In this document: in pieces, positions 26,557-32,000 of the stretch
How positions within the stretch are numbered: the stretch's first letter is position 1
Layout of the letters: each line of letters begins with the position of its first letter
DNA from: Pyrodictium abyssi
GTDB lineage: Archaea > Thermoproteota > Thermoprotei_A > Sulfolobales > Pyrodictiaceae
Assembly: GCF_036323395.1 (NCBI RefSeq)
Contig: NZ_AP028907.1
Location: 720,001 to 752,000 of the forward strand
Direction: 5' to 3'
DNA: 32,000 nt
The notes under the pieces: generated by a model
Database searches by the model: none
Told to the model about the DNA's origin: nothing
The model's input: the letters and a program-made list of their open reading frames with translations, nothing else
Program-made: the position numbers and the translations under genes

Positions 26557-27859
26557 CGCGTCCCCGGAGGTCGTACCAGGTGGCCCCGGTTACTTCAATG
26601 CACCTCCACTCCCCCGGCGTGGCAGAGCCCTCGGGGAGTACTACCGGCATGTAGTTGTAGAGCTTAGCGTCGAGGCCGCCGCGCTCCCCCTGTGACACGA
26701 CTAGGGCCTTTGCACGGGTGCCTACGTACCTCGTGTGCTCCTCGAGCCCTATCCGCTCTATGACCTTCATGAGCTGTTTTGAGCGCCGTTTCTTAACGGG
26801 GTCCGGTACCTGGGGCAGCCCGGCAGCCACTGTGCGTGGACGCGGCGTGTACTGGGCTAAGTGGACTCGTTCGAACCGTAGCTCCTCTACGAGCCTCACC
26901 GTGTTCATGAAGGCTTCTTCGTCCTCGCCGGGATGGCCGACTATTATGTCGGTAGCTATCATGGCGCCTGGTATCTTCCTCCTTATCTCCCGGACTATCT
27001 CGCGGTACTGGTCTACGGTGTAGCGGCGCTTCATAACCCGTAGTACGCGGTCGTCGCCGCTCTGCACGGGCAGGTGGACGAACTTGAAGAAGCGGGGCTT
27101 CCGGAGGGCCTCTATGAACTCGTCTAGTACTGGCTCTAGCTGCTCCGGGCTCATCATCCCCACGCGCACCATGAAGTCTCCCTTTATCTCTGCTAGACGT
27201 TCCAGCAGCTCGGGCAGCATCCTCTTCCCGTAGATGTCGATCCCGTAGACAGCGACATCCTGGCCCGTTATCCTTATCTCCACGACTCCACGGCGTGCTA
27301 GCGCCTCCACCAGCCTGACAATGTTCTCCATGGGGCGGCTGTACACCCGGCGCCGGGCTAGCTTGGTTATGCAGAAGCTGCAGTCGTTTACACACCCGTC
27401 GGCTACGGGTATCTCTGCTATCCTCCCCCTCTGCATCATAGCTGGGTCGGGGGTGTAGAGGGTCTTAGGCCTAGAAGGCTCGTGGAGCAGGTTCTTGCCG
27501 TTTTCGATAGCCTCGTGTACGCGGTGGACATTGTGAGTTGAGACTAGTATCGCCTCTGGCGCTATACGCTTCACGGTGTAGGGCTGTGCGGAGGCCATAC
27601 AGCCCGCCACTACTAGTATCGCTGAGCGCTCTCTCGCTACCCGGTGTAGCTCCGCTATTCTTCTCTTCATACGCTCCTCTGTATCCATCCTCACAGTACA
27701 AGTATTCAATATAATAATATCGGCATCATCTATACTATCCACTATCTCGTAGCCACGGCTAGCCAGCACACTCTTCATGATAGCGGTATCCGCGTGGTTC
27801 AATGCACAGCCATAGGTCTCGAAGTAGGCCCGCGGCATCGCCGCCATACACCACTTCAC
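26543..27859 (-). CDS. Radical SAM tRNA methylthiotransferase, MiaB/e-MtaB (CDKAL1-like) family
   Basis: YFETYGCALNHADTAIM, NTCTVRMDTEERM, VADGCVNDCSFCITKLARRRVYS, SGDDRVLRVMKRRYT, TDIIVGHPGEDEEAF. Confidence 0.93.
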   Translation of the reverse strand: MKWCMAAMPRAYFETYGCALNHADTAIMKSVLASRGYEIVDSIDDADIIILNTCTVRMDTEERMKRRIAELHRVARERSAILVVAGCMASAQPYTVKRIAPEAILVSTHNVHRVHEAIENGKNLLHEPSRPKTLYTPDPAMMQRGRIAEIPVADGCVNDCSFCITKLARRRVYSRPMENIVRLVEALARRGVVEIRITGQDVAVYGIDIYGKRMLPELLERLAEIKGDFMVRVGMMSPEQLEPVLDEFIEALRKPRFFKFVHLPVQSGDDRVLRVMKRRYTVDQYREIVREIRRKIPGAMIATDIIVGHPGEDEEAFMNTVRLVEELRFERVHLAQYTPRPRTVAAGLPQVPDPVKKRRSKQLMKVIERIGLEEHTRYVGTRAKALVVSQGERGGLDAKLYNYMPVVLPEGSATPGEWRCIEVTGATWYDLRGRVVEC

Positions 27860-28023
27860 GCTAGGCTAGCCTGTATAGCCCACCTCTAGGCCCATGCCGT
27901 TAAGGGCACAGCAGGAGAGACCTAATCAAGGTTCCCCGAGGACATAGTACCCTCGGAGAGCCCCAAGGGGCCAGGGACTAGTACCGCCTAGGCTCTATAC
28001 AGGGCCGCGGGGGCCGCAGAGCC

Positions 28024-28635
28024 TTGGCCCAGAGACACACTGTAAAGGCCATAATCCTGGCCGCCTCCATAGCTGTAGCCGTCGCAGCTGCCATCTACAC
28101 CTCCAAAAACCCTCATGAAGCTCGTCCCGTGCCCCTACCGGATCTAGTGGCTGGGGCTCCAGAATCCATCACTGTCAGCTCGCCAGCTTTCCCCCGGGGA
28201 GGTACTATCCCTGCGAAGTACACATGTGACGGAGCCGACGTCTCGCCGCCGCTAGCTATAGAGAACGTCCCGGCCCAGGCTAGGAGCCTGCTACTGCTAG
28301 TCTATGATCCGGATGCGCCTGGGGGTGTGTTTGTCCACTGGGTCTTGTATGATGTTCCTCGCGGGCTGTCTGCGCTACCGGAGGGCGTACCCCGAGACCC
28401 AGCCGTAGAGGGCCTCGGGCTACAAGGACGGAACGGCTTCGGCAAAACCGGCTACAACGGCCCCTGCCCACCACGCGGCGACCGCCCACACCGCTACGTG
28501 TTCCTAGTCATAGCCCTTGACGTTGAGAGCCTTGGGCTGGAGCCCGGCAGCCCGTGGAGCGCTGTCCTCGATAGGGCTAGCGGCCATGTAGTAGCCTATG
28601 GCTATACTTATGGCGTGTATGCCCGCCAGGGCTAG
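28024..28635 (+). CDS. PEBP/YbhB-YbcL family protein with N-terminal signal/TM segment
   Basis: SPAFPRGGTIPAKYTCDGADVSPPLAIENVP, YDPDAPGGVFVHWVLYDVP, GKTGYNGPCPPRGDRPHRYVFLVIALD. Confidence 0.93.
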   Translation: MAQRHTVKAIILAASIAVAVAAAIYTSKNPHEARPVPLPDLVAGAPESITVSSPAFPRGGTIPAKYTCDGADVSPPLAIENVPAQARSLLLLVYDPDAPGGVFVHWVLYDVPRGLSALPEGVPRDPAVEGLGLQGRNGFGKTGYNGPCPPRGDRPHRYVFLVIALDVESLGLEPGSPWSAVLDRASGHVVAYGYTYGVYARQG

Positions 28636-28910
28636 CCGCCCGAGGCTGGCGGGAGGATAGCTATCTCGTCACCATCAGAGACCATCGTGTCTCTAGACGC
28701 GCTGCGCCCGTTAACAGTATACAGCACAGCTAGGCCGCGTTCCTCTAGCTCTTCTACCAGGCTTTTGAGGCGCGGATACTCCCTGAAGAGCTTGACTAGC
28801 ACGTCTCCTAGCGTAGCACTGTTACTCTCCAGCTCCAGTTCCAGCTCCCTTCTTCCTCCTACGGCTTCGCGTAGGAGGGACACTAGCCTCACCTTCACCC
28901 TGACCATCAT
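28632..28910 (-). CDS. MoaD/ThiS (ubiquitin-like beta-grasp) family protein
   Basis: 92 aa, VRLVSLLREAVGGRRELELELE...VNGRSASRDTMVSDGDEIAILPPASGG with terminal GG. Confidence 0.88.
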   Translation of the reverse strand: MMVRVKVRLVSLLREAVGGRRELELELESNSATLGDVLVKLFREYPRLKSLVEELEERGLAVLYTVNGRSASRDTMVSDGDEIAILPPASGG

Positions 28911-29109
28911 GGTTCCCCGCTTAATCTTCGACCCGGGCTGTTCCGCTTACTAGTGCTTCCCGGCGGCTGCTACAGCGTCCCGCTACAGCGCTCTGGCCTA
29001 AACGACAACAGTGTTATAGTGGAACATCTACTTATGACGAGCCAACCGAGAAGTCAGCCCGACAATAGGGGTTATGCTGCACTGCACAGCGTAGAGGTGC
29101 TGCATAGCC

Positions 29110-29502
29110 ATGTATGGAGATGAGCTGGACTTCTACACTAAGATGTATAATGAGGTAGAGAGGCTGCGTAGGGAGGGTATAGTAGAGTACGTCACTAGCT
29201 ATGATAGGTTCCGCGAGATAATAGAGAATAACCGTGTTGTCGTCGCCGTGTTCACCACACCCACGTGCAGCGCATGCATAATATACAAGCCGATATTCTA
29301 CATAGTTGCAGAGAAGCTAAAGGACAAGGCTAAGTGGGTCGAAGTAGACGCCTACGAGGCCCCAGAAGCAGCGTTCGAGTCCGGGGTCACCGCTACCCCT
29401 ACTACCATAGTATACGTGAACGGCGAGGCCGTGGACGGCTTCGTGGGGATACTCGACGAGGAAGGGCTCATGGAGATAGTAAAACAGTACATAAAGGAGT
29501 AG
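29110..29502 (+). CDS. Thioredoxin-fold protein
   Basis: VVAVFTTPTCSACIIYKPIFYIVAEKL, ATPTTIVYVNGEAVDGFVG. Confidence 0.9.
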   Translation: MYGDELDFYTKMYNEVERLRREGIVEYVTSYDRFREIIENNRVVVAVFTTPTCSACIIYKPIFYIVAEKLKDKAKWVEVDAYEAPEAAFESGVTATPTTIVYVNGEAVDGFVGILDEEGLMEIVKQYIKE

Positions 29503-29518
29503 AAAACGCCATCCGGCT

Positions 29519-31098
<1,580 letters not shown>

Positions 31099-31148
31099 AT
31101 CACACCCAACCGCGGCGCCCCAGGAGAGCCACGAACAGGGCTAAAACA

Positions 31149-31160
31149 CTTGCCGGCAAG
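31149..31160. promoter_or_regulatory. 12-bp perfect palindrome CTTGCCGGCAAG upstream of amt-glnK
   Basis: Read directly. It lies about 50 nt upstream of the amt ATG and just upstream of a T-rich TTTTAG stretch that could be a TATA element. Confidence 0.4.
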
Positions 31161-31399
31161 GAGACGGGTAGCCCACATGGGTTCTACAACAACACGAATG
31201 CAGGAAATACAACACCTCTACAGAATTACAGCCAACAGTCGCGAACACTCTAGAGGCTAGAGCCCCTGCGGAACCGTACAACAATCGAAGCCAGCTAGGT
31301 GTAGAAACAACCTAACCCAGAGAACAAGCAACAAGGGCCCCGCCGGGAGTGAGGGGAAGAATCGAGTTGAGGGTACGCAAGAGGATCATGAGAGGGGTG

Positions 31400-31471
31400 T
31401 GGCGCCGGGGGCGGGATTTGAACCCGCGCGGCCGGTGCGGCCACCGGCTCTCCAGGCCAGTGGCCCCCGGC
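31400..31471 (-). pseudogene. tRNA-Ser(GGA)-like sequence without a D-arm; probable tRNA remnant/attachment site
   Basis: Reverse strand: GCCGGGGGCCACTGGCCTGGAGAGCCGGTGGCCGCACCGGCCGCGCGGGTTCAAATCCCGCCCCCGGCGCCA. It has a perfect T-arm, acceptor strand, discriminator G and CCA, a CTGGAGA anticodon loop and a long variable arm, but no D-arm and no evident TATA upstream. Confidence 0.65.
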
Positions 31472-31523
31472 GATGGTAGTATGCCCCGGCCCGGGCCTTG
31501 GGGCGGAGGCTTTCTAAGACAGA

Positions 31524-31540
31524 GTGTACACAGTGTACAC
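31524..31540. promoter_or_regulatory. Doubled palindromic octamer GTGTACAC-A-GTGTACAC, candidate operator
   Basis: Two copies of the self-complementary GTGTACAC separated by 1 nt, just upstream of the AbrB-like gene's probable start. Confidence 0.5.
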
Positions 31541-31553
31541 ACGGTGCCGGAGC

Positions 31554-31721
31554 TTGGGCCGCGGCCTACTCAAGGTCCAGAGGAAGCCCGCCGGCGAGCG
31601 CACCATACTCTACGTGCATCTACCCAAGGAGTGGGTAGACCGCCTAGGACTACGCGAGGGAGACTACGTGGAATGGGAGATCGACGGCCGGGGCCGGCTG
31701 GTCTTGAAGAAGCTGCGGTGA
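31554..31721 (+). CDS. Short AbrB/SpoVT-like DNA-binding protein
   Basis: Track ORF 31524..31721. The conserved part is VQRKPAGERTILYVHLPKEWVDRLGLREGDYVEWEIDGRGRLVLKKLR. TTG 31554 is a plausible start downstream of the operator-like repeat; GTG 31524 is the alternative. Confidence 0.7.
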   Translation: MGRGLLKVQRKPAGERTILYVHLPKEWVDRLGLREGDYVEWEIDGRGRLVLKKLR

Positions 31722-31798
31722 GCTCACCCGCAGTGTATACCGAAAGTTTTCGGGTCTACGCGCGGGAAGGTGGACGTAGACTAGGTAGACCGGTCCAC

Positions 31799-32000
31799 CT
31801 AGTGGAGTAGCCGTGGCAGTATCTTGGCTATCTTCTCCCAGTCGCGTAGACTCATTACGGTTTCAACTCTGCTGCCTGGCCCCCAGATCGGCAGCTCCTC
31901 GGGGGTTATCTCGCGCAGCAGAGCGCCCGGCATGAGTAGGATCACGCGCGGATACACGGAGCCTATAGGCTCGTTTACGCGGTCTACCCCGGCTTCGAAA
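31799..32000 (-). CDS. Partial hypothetical protein, runs off the right edge
   Basis: Hand translation of the reverse strand: FEAGVDRVNEPIGSVYPRVILLMPGALLREITPEELPIWGPGSRVETVMSLRDWEKIAKILPRLLH*. Open throughout. Confidence 0.5.
   Translation of the reverse strand, partial: FEAGVDRVNEPIGSVYPRVILLMPGALLREITPEELPIWGPGSRVETVMSLRDWEKIAKILPRLLH

Noticed and set aside
26793-27395. 200-aa minus-strand ORF in an alternate frame
   Set aside because: Overlaps the conserved radical SAM methylthiotransferase reading frame; Arg/Pro/Gly-rich shadow translation.
31349-31810. 153-aa plus-strand ORF containing VWRRGRDLNPRGR
   Set aside because: The RGRDLNP segment is what results from translating antisense through the tRNA T-arm and acceptor stem. 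The ORF spans the tRNA-like sequence and the AbrB gene in another frame.

Overview
This is hyperthermophilic crenarchaeal chromosome, probably Desulfurococcales/Pyrodictiaceae-like. That placement is inferred from gene content, very dense coding, heavy use of CTA/ATA codons and abundant CTAG; no taxonomy search was run. Most of the window is ordinary housekeeping and metabolic gene content: the start of a phosphate ABC transporter (pstS/pstC), NMD3, amidohydrolases, a large SF2 helicase, a Dph6-like enzyme, a nucleoside phosphorylase, a SpeD-family pyruvoyl decarboxylase, SurE, a Trm112-like protein, a phosphohexomutase, DUF1152, Hsp20, PAC2, DUF424, aIF2-beta, a CBS protein, a cis-prenyltransferase, DUF373, a COG1340-like coiled-coil protein, a SWIM protein, RpiA, an MiaB-like methylthiotransferase, PEBP, MoaD/ThiS-like, thioredoxin, and amt-glnK. 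I found no CRISPR array and no defence island. The least ordinary region is the right edge (about 31.4-32 kb). It has a tRNA-Ser(GGA)-like sequence lacking a D-arm and a recognisable promoter, then a doubled palindromic octamer, then a short AbrB-like gene. This looks like the edge of an integrated element that continues beyond the window. Other points worth checking are a phosphohexomutase whose conserved N-terminus has no ATG/GTG/TTG start, an apparently catalytically degenerate amidohydrolase, long convergent gene overlaps, a cysteine-free helicase with an unexplained C-terminal region, a 12-bp palindrome upstream of amt-glnK, and several GC-rich structured intergenic segments.
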